Positions 32,199 to 44,055 of a stretch of 64,000 nucleotides of DNA are shown here, piece after piece. The stretch spans positions 824,691 to 888,690 of the forward strand of contig ML996689.1 in NCBI GenBank assembly GCA_010356995.1, in the 5' to 3' direction. The translations under genes and the position numbers were made by a program. The DNA is from Trichodelitschia bisporula (Eukaryota). Under the pieces are notes generated by a model. The model did no database searches, was not told the origin of the DNA, and worked only from the letters and a program-made list of their open reading frames with translations. How positions within the stretch are numbered: position 1 is the stretch's first letter; each line of letters begins with the position of its first letter.

Positions 32199-35100
32199 GG
32201 TCGATGAAGACTGGTCGAGCTTGCCAACTCTGGGGGGTGGAGGGGTGTTGTTGTGAGGGGTGGGTGCACGGGTTGGACTGCTGCGCTCTTCCCCCAGCTT
32301 AGTGAGCTTTTACGGTAGAAGAGACAAGGGGGTTCTTTCCTGGTCGAACTGGGAGAGAGAGGAAAGACCGTCTGGACTGCAGTCAAGAGAAGCTGAAGAA
32401 GAATATTCCCTAGGTGGGACGATGATGTTGAGAGGATGAGATGATGAGATGATGAGATGATAGGAAGAGTTTACAAGGTAGAGCTGTTTGAGGTGTTGCC
32501 GGGGTGCTGCAGTGGGCAGTGGGACCTTCGGGGGTAGGGAGGGAGGGGGTATCCACTGGGGCAATGGTGGGGGGGTCCCACTAAATCTGCTCCAACTAGG
32601 GGCTTCGTCCTGCTGCTCTCTGTCGCTTTGTTTTTAAACCGATGAATATGATTGATGGGATAAGGAAAATGCACCACTTTGGGAGCGACCAAAGGGATCA
32701 AAGTTGCTCACCTTTGGCTGACTGCTTGCTGCAATTACAACTCTTTGCTTCACCTCCACTCTTTAACCGTCAATACGGATTTCAATTGTTGAGTCAATAA
32801 GGCTCGGGCCCACACAGCCTTGCGATATAAGTAGAAGGCATAGGCTCAGACAGAGAGGTAGTGAGTGTACACGACCCACCACACTGTACGCCTCGTGTTG
32901 TCGACGATAGCCTCCACAGAATACAAGAGCCACCAATCTCAGTCAGCATCACTGGTCCACGCCCACAAAGACTGAGCAACCGAAGCGGGCAGACAGAGAA
33001 AGCGACTGCCTCAGCCTCGCTCGATCTCCGCATTGTCGCAGTCGCACAACCCACGCCCACGGCCAGCAACACAGAACCAGCAGTCCAGAACCCGCGCTCG
33101 GATTCCCCGTCTCTCCATGTCGCGCGCAAAGCAAAGCAAAGCCCACGATCTCAGCGCCGGATGTTACAGTTGCCCTTCCACCACAGCTCATCGCCTGCCT
33201 TCCACACCGATCCCCACCCACTCACGCCCTCTCCCACCCAGCTAAACTAAACACGCGAACGGCGTGCGCAGGAACTTGTCGTCCACCACAGCAACGCTCA
33301 GCGCCGTCCGATTTACCCCGCCGCACCTCCCCCCCGGACACCCCGGCAACGTGCCTCGCTATTCGTGCGCTACGCAACGCCTGCGTCCGGGCCGCGCCCG
33401 CCATTCGCGCGCCGCACGGGCTTTCAGCGGGGATGGGCGAGGCAGAGCCAGGCCAGGCAAGGCCCGAGACCGGGCGGTGCTGAGCCACAAAGATGAGGCG
33501 GATGTTGAGGGCGTAGCACGAAAGGTACGGTACAGTACGTAGACGAGTACGTAGAGTGTTGAGATGGATTACGTGTTAGCAAATGCTCTCAATTCTGCGG
33601 CGATACATTGGGTCGCCGAGTGCGACTTGAGGATGGTGGTGGCCATGCGCCTTCTGTTGTGTGCCCGGCACCAGCTGCTCTCCGCTTCCTGCAACGGGCC
33701 TGGCGGCGAGCGCAGCTGACAGTTGCGGTGGCCACCGTGCACAGGCGCGTCCGCTGTCGTCATTGTGTACGCCGTTGCACGGGACCTGGATCGATGGTGG
33801 GGGGGAGAGGATCAGATGCACCTGCGACGAAGAAGCAGACCCGGGACCGGGACTGCTGATCGTCCTGCATCCCACGAGTTATCCCGACCATAGAGTCAAT
33901 TCCGATATTCAACATCCAGCACTCTCTTCGTCGCATGCCTCGGGCAACACACCGGGGCTTCTCAACGTCAGTTTAGGTCCCAAGGGAAAGAAGGTGAGAA
34001 TCCATTTGCACAGCCCCGCCCCACACTCCCCTTCCACCCACCAATCACACCCCATTACCCATATCGCACACCAAACAAGCCCCACAACTCAAAACACAAA
34101 TCAACCTCAGATTCGACCCCTCGTCACCAGAAATGCCTCCATCCGCAAACCTCCCATCTCAAACCGTTCATAACAGCTCTCCCACTCTCCACCCTCTTAC
34201 AACCACTTCTCAACCCTCCCCCTGCGCCCGGAGAATTCCCCGAGCCGCAACATGCGGTTGAAGTGCGGGGTGCGGCACTGCACGGCCAGCGCACACGCGG
34301 CGTGAGCATCTCAAGACGCCCGATTTCGCACTGTACTCTTTCGCGTGAGCTCAGCTTCGCGAGGTCAGGTCCCATACCCCTGACAGACGCATCCAGTAGG
34401 ACCGGGCCTGCGTTTCGGCCACCCTTGGATGTCTTCAGTCCATCTCGCGCCTGGGGGGGCCGCGTTCCTCGGGGCCTGGTTCTTGGGGCAGGCAGTCCGT
34501 AAGCGCGGGGTGTGTGAAGTGCGTGCATATGTCTTCCGAGGGAACGGTAGGTTTGACGGAAGCGCGAATGCGGATTCCGGACCGGACGGGGGCAATAAGG
34601 CTGGGAGTCACTGATGGAGATGTGGGATGCTCGGATTGGAGAATGGCCGCTCAGCCTGAACGGTGGAGTCGCAGTTGTGATCCAAATCTATGCGCTGGAG
34701 AAGGAAGTGAGGCGCGTCGCGTATCGATATCGAAATCTCCCATCTTGCCTTCTCTGTGGGGAGCAGGGCGCGGCCTTACGGTCCGCGGACTGAGGTACAT
34801 AAGTTTGGCCGGGGGTACCTCGCCGACCCCTCCTGTCTCCCGCATCCCGATATTCCAAGAATCTTCTTGGAAAAGCGCGGTGGATGCTTCCATCGCCCCC
34901 GATCCCAGAACCTGCCGACCTATTGAGCCTAGCACACGGCTATCCACGGCCCTCACACTCCACTCCCACGCAAGAAGAAGAACGCTACGCGCCCACCGCC
35001 GATCGCCACCCCTCAACTCGCCTACGCCCCCACCCCGCACCTCGCACGCCAAACGCCAGCCGCGCAAAGCGGAAGCCCGTGCTCGCGGCCCGCATGTCAC

Positions 35101-37413
35101 CACCCGCCCAAGGGCTAGTCGAAAAGTCATGCCCCCATCCCTCAGCGAATGTTGGGGAGGGATGGCGATATCACTTTTTTAACTAGTCCTTGGCCATCAC
35201 AAACGCACGGCCGACATCACGTCCACGCCCATCCCCTTCCATCGCCGTTTTCGGCCACAAGGAAATGCAGCCCATTGGCCGCAAGCCTGAACTGGGCCTG
35301 GATCGCCATTTCAGCACGGGCGCGAAAATGGCGCAACGCGGACGGGCGAGGGGATTGGTAGCGCTAGTGCCGGGGGTGCGGGGTGCGGGGTGAGCCAGGC
35401 CTGGCGGGGCGTAGGCAGCAATCGTGATATCTCAATCTGACCTACATGTGCGTGCTGAACGCGGCTTCAGCCGCGATACGGTTGATACGGTTTGATACGG
35501 GACGAAGCGAAGCGAAGTTCAGGGGACGATGACGACGCGCCCGGGCGCCGGTTTGGTAGATATGTCCGTTGCCATTGCAGATGCGACGCTGCGCGGAGAG
35601 GGGCGGATGGATGGGGCCGGGCGTGCAGTGCTGATCCCGGATCTTGCCGTGCCTGTGAGCCGCGAGGGCGGTTTCCGAGGTCGCTGAGTTGGGGGACCAA
35701 GCACTACGCGAGAAAGACATGGCCCCCTCTCTCCAAAATTTGGCAGAGGTCATGTCGCCGGGGTGAACATGCCTTTTCCGATGAGCCCTTGGACGGGGGT
35801 TCGGACGACGCAGGTGCGGCAGGTGGGTGTGGCGAGTGGCGAGTGCTGCGCCGCGGGGTACGTACCCCTCTCGGCTAACACCTGCGGATTGGGAGTTTGA
35901 GTTTTCATAATGGATGCGAGATTTGAGAGCCGTGGGGTAAGGGATTTGGGAAAGTGTACCCCGATTCAGGCGTGACTGCTCGGTGCCATGTGTGGGTGTC
36001 AGATGCGAGACGGTCACGCTTGGTGAGGACTCTGGTGCGGGGGTGGGCAGGTGACTTTTGTGCGTCGGGCGTCACGTTATCGTGATGCGGGCGGGCCTGA
36101 GGTTCAGGTTGTGCCTGAGTTGAGCTGAGTTGGGTTTGATGTGAGAATTTTGAAGGGTTGGGCTTGACCGCTTGAGGGTTGGGTTGCTTTACTTATCTTT
36201 GTGGGGTGAGAGAGAGAGGCGGTAATGGGGAATTTCGGATCGTGAGGGGCGAGATGTGCTCGTGTGTTGGGGATAGGGTTTCCCGTTTGGGCCTCAGCCT
36301 TGCGGATGGTTTGGAGCAAGAGGTGGATCATGGCTACATCATGTCGCAGATGGGACTATCTAGACGGGCGTTGAGCTGCTTCTGTTTCGTTCATCGTCAG
36401 TTGAATGCTTGCCAGGTTCGAGCGCGGCATACGCGGATAGCTTGCTTCCTCCTCAGACATGGTCCATGACGACCGGTCTCATACCAGTTCCACGAGACCA
36501 AGCACTCGGTAAGCGAAGTACCACTTTACGATCACGTTCGAAATGCGGTGGTGAAATTCGGCCGGCTAACCTTTTCAGGGTAGCAAGTTCATGCTATTCC
36601 ATCTGCTCAAAGGTTGAACCATTTGCCTTGCCTGGTTTGGATTCTACGAACTCCATCGCCTAGAACTAGTTCTTTGTTCAGACGAGGGGCCTATTTCGTT
36701 TTGTAACAGACCGATCGATGCCGCAGGCTTCTCATCGGAAGGCTCAGTGGCCTTACCCCATGCCCATGCGGCCGGCTTCACTCGTCCCGACTCAGTCCTA
36801 CTGGCTTCTTTACGGCAATATCAAAGGCATGACCCCGAGCGGATGTCAAGCAGTTGGTGAGGATTTATGCTAGGCACCCCTTCTACATGAAGCCGGCTAT
36901 GCGGATGTGATTATGATCTCCTCGAGAACGACCGCTTGATCTGATACGGTTGAGCTTCACGGGCAATCCATTCTCAACTAGACCACCTGGAACAGAGCGG
37001 GCTTTCACCCGAAGGGCTTCTGTTCTCTGGTACCTGGCCTTACGCTCTTCCGTCTTCTACAAGCTGTCAGGCTGGAAATGTGGAAAGCTTTCGGATAAGC
37101 GCTCAACGTGAAGACGATCTCGCCGGAGTGGATACCCACGTTCAAAGTCAACCCGAGTAACCTCCGTTCCCTTCAATCCCAAAAAAAAAACCGTTATGCG
37201 GCCCGCTCTCTCTCTGCTTCACTGAACTGCGGTTCCCAAGGAGGCCCATGTCTCCGAAAGCCGGCATCAACCGCCCTTCACCCGAAGCTCTCACCGCCTC
37301 AGACTCCCTCCACAACTACCTTCCTCCCTCATCAAGTTTCCCTCCAGTACTTTGACAGCCAGCCCGTCCTACCAATTGCCTCTCAACCCCCCGTCCACAA
37401 AGCAAAAACAAAA

Positions 37414-37531
37414 ACATACAGCAGTCGGGATTCGCTGCTGGTCACCCACGCAACTACTAGTCGACCGGTTCGCTGTTTAACTTCAGTGAGCAGACGGGGA
37501 CTGGTGTTCTCAGCGACCTATGGCCGTATGT
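37414..37531 (-). rRNA. Dispersed 5S rRNA gene
   Basis: 118 nt, ACATACGGCCATAGG...CCCGTCTGCTC...TTAA...TAGTAGTTGCGTGGGTGACCAGCAGCGAATCCCGACTGCTGTATGT, followed by a TTTTGTTTTT Pol III terminator. Confidence 0.95.
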
Positions 37532-38432
37532 GCTGGGATATGCTGGGACGGGAGTGATGTCGTCGGTCGGTTGCCATCGCGATTGACGCTCTTTCGGCAT
37601 AGGCCACTGGAGAATCGGACGAAGTTGATGGGAGCTGGGGCACCGGTGAGAGGATTCTGCCGGCAGATTTGGCATACACAAGTCTCCAGCCTGGTATGAT
37701 TGCCGATCGGTTCTGATGCTGTCTCGGCTCCGTGTGATTTGGCCAGCCGTCGACAAGCAAAGGTCACTGCGCCATATAGCCTGTTCCGTCTATAGTCAAC
37801 CCAGAATCTGACCTGCATGTGAATCTGATAGTTGTGAGCTCCGCACATCTCAAACCCACGAACAGGGAGCATACTACATCAAACCATCAAACCATTCAAC
37901 CTCGGCCGTAGTTCTAAGTCTATATCTTCTCCAATCTCGTCCTTAGAGCATAGCCTCCTTAGTGCGCACCAACCGTACTGTAACGGCCAGATCTCTCCTC
38001 GGCCACGCCTGCTAGCCATTTCAGGTGTCATCAGCCGCGTGCTGCTGTTATCGCCAGGCGATCCCCTCACCCCTTCCTCCTATCCGTTCCCACATCAATA
38101 TAAGCATTACAACCGGCTCCACCGGATCCAGGGGGTATCCGAAAAGGCTGTGGCACCCAAGGCTATGCATACTTCACCAAAAAAGTATCATCAGCAACAT
38201 CAAGCTAGTATTTCGTCGTCCCCCCTCCTACATTGAGTACAGCTTGCAACCTATTGAGCATCGAGACAACCAAGCTATTTAACCGGCGATCTTGGTCCCG
38301 GTAATGATCCTTCCGGATAGACAGCATTATGAGTACCAAACCCCAGATAGTGCTTCTTTTGCCAAATGCGGTTGGCCCTTGGTGAAGAAAAGGTGAGAGG
38401 TTCCTATAGGAGTTAGCTACTTAACCCATATT

Positions 38433-38813
38433 TCACGAATCCGAGGGGGATACCTTGAGCTCTATGAGACTCCATCGAAAGCTAAGATAATGCCGCTGCC
38501 ATTTCTCGGCCTCGTCGTGCGTACATGAACGGCGTTCGGCTAGACCCAAAGTATAAGAATGGAGCCTCTTAGCTTCCTCTATACATCGGGTGAGGCGCGG
38601 CGCGCAAAGCTTCTGAGCTGTAGCCGCTTGCCCATCTTTAAGCCCAAAGACGAAATCGCACAGCATCATAAGTACTTCCTCGATCTCGAGCTTAAAGTCG
38701 TATGGTTTCTGCTCCGAAGATGCTTGCATCTTATCGGATATCGTTTCCAGAATCTCCTCACACGAGGTAGCGAGATCCGCAAGCTGCTCCTGAGGTGGTG
38801 GTGGGGCTGACAT
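38433..38813 (-). CDS. Orphan ~126-aa alpha-helical protein, copy A of a tandem pair
   Basis: Open ORF paralogous to 39221-39586 (shared SCE, KPYD, DF..GLKD.QA, KLC.PRL..CIE, LH, RRSCT..E.E.W). Confidence 0.65.
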   Translation of the reverse strand: MSAPPPPQEQLADLATSCEEILETISDKMQASSEQKPYDFKLEIEEVLMMLCDFVFGLKDGQAATAQKLCAPRLTRCIEEAKRLHSYTLGLAERRSCTHDEAEKWQRHYLSFRWSLIELKVSPSDS

Positions 38814-39220
38814 GAGGATAGCAATGAATATGTAGCTAGTCGTGACGACAAAGTCCAACGTGGAAGTACGTCTTATCGTACATCGTGTGGTACGTTGGGG
38901 GCCTTGGGGCTCGGCTGCGGGTGGTAAGGGCGGGGAAAGTCGTGGCCCCTCCTAACCTCTTCAGGCAGATGCGTACCACAGCACCTTATTGAAAAGCAGT
39001 ATCGTCATCAACACCAAGCTAGTATTCAACGAGCTACCTCCTACATCGAGTCCACGAGCCATTTATCCACGCTGTGGCCTGCTTGATCTCCTCCCACGCA
39101 GCCCAAAAATGCACCCGAAGCTCTAGGGAGTATCACGACGTTTCCGCATAGTCCATGGTCCCTCCAGGAGGAAGGATGAGAGGGCACTCCTACAGGAATT
39201 GGCCACTTACCTGCATATTG

Positions 39221-39586
39221 TCATCCGAGGGGGCGTTTCTCGAGCTGTCTAAGATGCCACCAAAGGCCGAAAAGGTTCGTGTGCCATCTCTCCCGCTCGT
39301 GGTTCGTACATGAACGGCGTTTAGTCAGATCCACAGTGTGAGTATGGAGATCCTCGGCTCTCTCTATACACATGTTGAGGCGCGGAGTACAAAGCTTCTC
39401 AGTAGGCGCTTGCGAATCTTTGAGCCCGGCCATGAAATCAGACAGCAATGTGACCACTTCCTGGGTTTCGGGTACAGTGTCGTACGGCTTCTTGCCTTCG
39501 TATTGCAGAGCACAGCGTATCACTTCTAAAGTCTGCTCACACGAGGCAACGAGTTCCACAAGTTCTTCTGAAGGTAATGCCGGCAT
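39221..39586 (-). CDS. Orphan ~121-aa alpha-helical protein, copy B of a tandem pair
   Basis: Paralog of 38433-38813 with the same ATG context (gctatcctcATG). Internal indels between the copies preserve the frame. Confidence 0.65.
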   Translation of the reverse strand: MPALPSEELVELVASCEQTLEVIRCALQYEGKKPYDTVPETQEVVTLLSDFMAGLKDSQAPTEKLCTPRLNMCIERAEDLHTHTVDLTKRRSCTNHERERWHTNLFGLWWHLRQLEKRPLG

Positions 39587-40980
39587 GAGGATAGCGATGA
39601 GTGCGCAGCTGAGGGTGATGAAGAGAATCCAACTTGGAAGTGCGTTGTATCGTAGGCCCAGTTTCATGAGGCTCAGCTGCGCGGTCCAAGAAGTCGTGGC
39701 ACCCCCCTGACCGCAAGTCCGAATCCGCAACGTCAACATCACGACCCGAGCCGTATCATTCATCCCCGAACCGGGAGCGGGCGCGGGCCGCGTCAAGCAG
39801 GGCCCGAGGACCACCCATCTCCCGTCCCGGTCCCACCTCCCATTACTTCACCTTCTCAACTAAGTCAAGGGCTTCGTGTCTCACGCAACCCAAACTCCCA
39901 CTGTGCTTACCCTCCTCTTACCCTTCGCTCTCCATAATCGACCTCGCAGCCTGCTGACCGCCCCACTCACGAGGCCCCCAACGTACCCCTCCCCGCTCCC
40001 TCCCGGTTAATCCAACCCATGCCCATTTACGCGCCGTGGCTTACGCGACAGGGGCCATGAATGGACCAGCATACGTGCGTCGGCGGGGCGTTGAGCAGAT
40101 GGGCGGAACGGGACAGATCGAATCGGTCGTTGTCGGAGATCGGGATGTGATCGCGGAAACATCTGAGAAACGACACACAGTTGACCGTAGTGAACAGTAC
40201 TGAGGCCATGGGCAGGCGGATGCCTAGAAGATCAATCACCAGCATCAAAGCGGCGGCAAGCAGTGAACAGTCCAAAACGAGGGTATATTCCGCCGCAAAC
40301 CCCTAGACCTACGGCCAAAGCTCCAGGTTCGCGTTATTCAATCCCATCCACATCATGCATGAGCCTCCCGTCACCTTCTCAACCTGCCCGCTCGGGCGTA
40401 TCAACAGCCAAATCCTGTTGCGTGTCGTCCATGCCCTTCTCCACATCGCCAACCACCATCCAAAACACCAGCGACCCAAGGAAAAGAGAATAAACACTAG
40501 ACGGGGGCGAATAAAGCCCCCTCCAGGTAGCAGCAACACCAGCACCAAGCCGTGTGCGCATGTTCAAGCGCCGTCGCATGAGACCAGCCCCGTATCCAAG
40601 ACCAAAAGGAAACCAGAAAACCAAGGAAAAGTACGTTCAAAGGAAATATGCATGCGAGTTTTTCGGGTATGAGACTATGATGTCGGTATTAAGGAGAGTG
40701 TGTCTCTGGAAAGGAGTGTCGAGTTGGAAGTAGATGTGATAGAGCAGCCGGCATTTATCCTGCTCTTTCATTCATAGCCATGGTATTTGCTTCATGGCGT
40801 TTTCCCGACCTGCCTCATTTCATGCCGCGCCACGTCGCCACGTGTTTCTGCAGCCGTACTTAGTATGCTCCTTAGAGCATAATCGTCACATGGACAAAGG
40901 CGAGGTCCCGTAGTAGAATCTTCATTCCCAGGCGCACTGGCCATCGATTCCACTGAACGTCGTCAACATCGCAAGCCCGT

Positions 40981-43900
40981 TCATAGCACATCAAAAATGT
41001 TCCTCGTGATCGGACTGATACCGTGCTGCGCCGGACTGCGCGGATCCACAGCCTTCATCGTCGGCGTGAGCGGTGCCTCAGGGACCGGCGGTGGCTTGTC
41101 AACCAGAATTTCCTTGTCGGCCAGCAGCTCCTTGAACGGGTTGTCCGTGAATTCTGTCGCGCGTGGGGACATCGCGTCCATATCATCGCCAAAGCGGTAG
41201 GGTGAGTGCGGTTGCGGGAGCTTGGCGGCAATTTCGTCCTGGAGCTGGTGGAGCTTGATACGCTCTTGGAGGTTGGGCGAGCTGAATTTCGTCTTGAGAC
41301 CGCGCCGAGGCGGGATCCTCAGGGTATCAACGGGACCGAGAGAGTCTATGCGCGGAAATTCGGTGGACGTAGGAGACTTGAGTGGGAAGAGGGTGTCGAT
41401 AGTGATGGCAGGTTTGCTCACTGCATCGATTGAAGCAGATGGGATGGCCGGTGGAGGACGAGCGGGAGGGGCAGGCGCAGCTGCAAAGGCGCTTGCGAAC
41501 GGGTTCTTGGGGAACTCGGTCTGAATTGGGGAGAGGATGCCAAAGGTGTCGTCCGACTCAACCTCCGGCGCGGGCACCACGGGAGCCATGTGGAATTCTT
41601 CCGCGCGGGGGCTGACCGTAGATGGAAGTAGGGAATCCTGCATTGTAATATCGGAATCTTCCTCCGTTCGTAGTGGGAACTGGGGGAACTCGGTCCGAAT
41701 TGGGGAGAGGATGCCAAAGGTGTCGTCCGACTCAACTTCCGGCGCGGGCACCACGGCAGCCATGTGGAATTCTTCCGCGCGGGGGCTGACCGTGGATGGA
41801 AGTAGGGAATCCTGCATCGTAATGTCGGAATCTTCCTCCGTTCGCAGCAGGAGCTGGCGGGAAAAGTTTGGCGGTTTCCGTTGCTGTGACGGAGCTCTCC
41901 GGACTTCAGGCAGAGCACCGAAGCTGATAATTGGCGCGGGTCTGATGGGCGCTTGCGGCGTCTGAAGCACTGTAAGCATCGGGACGATATGACCTTTGGG
42001 ATCCACATATGGTGTGCCCGACATCAGAGAAACGGATTCCAAAGTCAGCTCGCTCGGTGACTGTACTGAGTCCCAAGAACGACGCGATAGCGGCTCAAAC
42101 GAGAAGTCCACGGTCTCCTTTGGACTAACCGTGAATGGCCCGACGCTGCTCCCTCTCGTCCGGTTCGAGGGTGCCTCCCGTTCTGGCGGGAGAGGTGCCG
42201 TACGGGGCGTTTGCGGGCCGGATCCGGGGTCAGCGACCAGAGGGCTTGAAGGCGATGCAGGAGAGAGAGCGTGCTGCGTCCGGGGCATCTTGTAGGGAAG
42301 GCCGGAGTCGCGCGGCCTGCGCATCAGCGAATTCCGGAACTCTTGCAGCTGCATGATGAGATTCATGTTCGGCCCGATCCACTTGCTTCGCTTCTTGACC
42401 GCGTCATACGCCTCTTGAACCGATATGCCCGGGTTCTTATAGAGCCCGTACGCCACTATTAAGCTGGCAGAACGGCTTACACCGCACTGACAGTGGACCA
42501 GCACCCGCTTTCCTCTTGAAACCCGCTCGTCAATCAGCTTCACCAACCGGTGCAAATCGGGCACAATGTCGGTGTTATGTTCCCATGGGATGTGGATATA
42601 TTCTGGACGCCTGGGAGCGGTTCGCAGAAATTGCAACTCCGCCGGTTGCGGGGAGATGGGCGTGGCCTTAGGCGTGTCGGGTGAGCATTCACCCTCAGAG
42701 TCGCTTGCGCCGAAGGTGGAGAGCGGAACAAAGACACGCGAAAACGCCTTGATGTCCGCCTTTTCTGCAGCAGGTCCCACAAACGGGTTCCGAACCTCGC
42801 TGGCCACGTTCAAGATGACGTCGTACTGAGCGGCAACCTCGAGACTCGGCTCATAATACAGGTCGATTCCCGACTCGTATATCCTGATAGGGCCGTTGGG
42901 GTAGCTTTCGGGCTTCTCTTCTCGCGACTGTGGCACATCAAAATTAGGCTCCGGCTCCTCCTCTTCATCCTCGATGGGGATATCGACAAATCCCCGCGGT
43001 GTAGCGCGGTTGCGCACCGTAGGAAGTGTCATGCCGCCGACGGGACCGGACGACGGCGTGTAGAGCGGAAGAGACGGGGATGACTGGAAGTGCCGGAGTG
43101 CATTAGGGCGAGTGATTGACGGCGTTGGCGGCACGCCTATTCTGCAAGCGTTGCCATTAGCGGGAGTGATTATGCTCAGACCGACGGTCGCCAGCTTTCG
43201 CCGCGGGGGAGTTGGCGGCTTCACAAAGGTAGGTGACGAGGGCGCGGACGTGCGTGCCGACTGCTCTGGAGGCGCGAAGGGGGCAGATGCAACAGCGCGG
43301 CCTGAATACGCTGTGCTCGTAGTATTCACGGCCAGATTCTTAAGGTTGCGTGCCTTCTTGGCTGGGGTTGCCGGTCGTTGCAGCTCAAAGAAGGGCGTAC
43401 GAGGCGGCTCCATGCCCATGCGTTCCGGCAGCTTGAAGCGGCCTGGGTCCATTGCATATGCCATCGAGTTGTTGCTGGAAGGAGTTTGCGGCGACGTGCC
43501 TGGTGACGGATCAGTCAGAGAGGACCCGTCGAGTGTGGAGACGGTAGTTGTAGGCGAAGACTCAGTGGAGTCGGAGGCTGAGGTCGAGGTACTGCCGCGA
43601 GGCTGGTGAAACACGGAGAAGCCAGCTGGAGCGTGCATGGGGCTGTTGATGGGACTCAAGCCAAGCTCCGTCAGCGAAGAGTCGCCGTGGAAATCGTGCG
43701 GTCCATGGACGTTGGCGAGCTGTGCAAATTCTCGCCGTGTCGCATCCTCGTCAAACACTGACATGAACGAAGGCATAGGCGCCTGGAAAGTGCGTGGTCC
43801 TGTCTGAGTCTGCATGCTCGACACCCACTGTCCCGATCGTCTAGCGCTCAGCTTGTCGACACTACTTCTACGGCGACGGACGGCGGCGCGGATGGATGCT

Positions 43901-44055
43901 TTGGACGGCGTTGGCGTGATGAGCTGGATGCTCGGAAGATAGAACTCGACCTTCTTCGGCGACGGAGTCGATGCGCAGTCGGCAGAGTCGTCTAAAATTA
44001 ACGCCCTTTTACGGGTTGGACTGTCAGCCTCTCTCAACATCGTGGTAGTGGTCAT
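40981..44055 (-). CDS. Dual-specificity MAP kinase phosphatase (Msg5/Pmp1-like)
   Basis: Intronless ORF. KKARNLKNLAVNT docking-like motif, YPNGPIRIY, YDVILNVASEV, EYIHIPWEH, catalytic VHCQCGVSRSAS, IGPNMNLIMQL. Confidence 0.9.
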   Translation of the reverse strand: MTTTTMLREADSPTRKRALILDDSADCASTPSPKKVEFYLPSIQLITPTPSKASIRAAVRRRRSSVDKLSARRSGQWVSSMQTQTGPRTFQAPMPSFMSVFDEDATRREFAQLANVHGPHDFHGDSSLTELGLSPINSPMHAPAGFSVFHQPRGSTSTSASDSTESSPTTTVSTLDGSSLTDPSPGTSPQTPSSNNSMAYAMDPGRFKLPERMGMEPPRTPFFELQRPATPAKKARNLKNLAVNTTSTAYSGRAVASAPFAPPEQSARTSAPSSPTFVKPPTPPRRKLATVGLSIITPANGNACRIGVPPTPSITRPNALRHFQSSPSLPLYTPSSGPVGGMTLPTVRNRATPRGFVDIPIEDEEEEPEPNFDVPQSREEKPESYPNGPIRIYESGIDLYYEPSLEVAAQYDVILNVASEVRNPFVGPAAEKADIKAFSRVFVPLSTFGASDSEGECSPDTPKATPISPQPAELQFLRTAPRRPEYIHIPWEHNTDIVPDLHRLVKLIDERVSRGKRVLVHCQCGVSRSASLIVAYGLYKNPGISVQEAYDAVKKRSKWIGPNMNLIMQLQEFRNSLMRRPRDSGLPYKMPRTQHALSPASPSSPLVADPGSGPQTPRTAPLPPEREAPSNRTRGSSVGPFTVSPKETVDFSFEPLSRRSWDSVQSPSELTLESVSLMSGTPYVDPKGHIVPMLTVLQTPQAPIRPAPIISFGALPEVRRAPSQQRKPPNFSRQLLLRTEEDSDITMQDSLLPSTVSPRAEEFHMAAVVPAPEVESDDTFGILSPIRTEFPQFPLRTEEDSDITMQDSLLPSTVSPRAEEFHMAPVVPAPEVESDDTFGILSPIQTEFPKNPFASAFAAAPAPPARPPPAIPSASIDAVSKPAITIDTLFPLKSPTSTEFPRIDSLGPVDTLRIPPRRGLKTKFSSPNLQERIKLHQLQDEIAAKLPQPHSPYRFGDDMDAMSPRATEFTDNPFKELLADKEILVDKPPPVPEAPLTPTMKAVDPRSPAQHGISPITRNIFDVL
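41509..41847 (-). repeat. In-frame tandem duplication with a 174-nt period (58 aa) inside the phosphatase CDS
   Basis: LRTEEDSDITMQDSLLPSTVSPRAEEFHMA(A/P)VVPAPEVESDDTFGILSPI(R/Q)TEFP occurs twice; ggaactcggt at 41511 and 41685. Confidence 0.95.

Larger units (their letters stand above)
38180..39715. repeat. Diverged tandem segmental duplication (unit about 0.75-0.8 kb)
   Basis: Matching blocks outside the ORFs: caagctagtatt...cctcctacat at about 38201 and 39015; (g/c)ctacttaac/ccacttac just past the stops at about 38416 and 39202; aagtcgtggc at about 38937 and 39691. Confidence 0.75.

Noticed and set aside
36400..37200. Possible decayed gene (HPLLHEAG ankyrin-like fragment)
   Set aside because: Multiple stops and a single weak motif are insufficient evidence.
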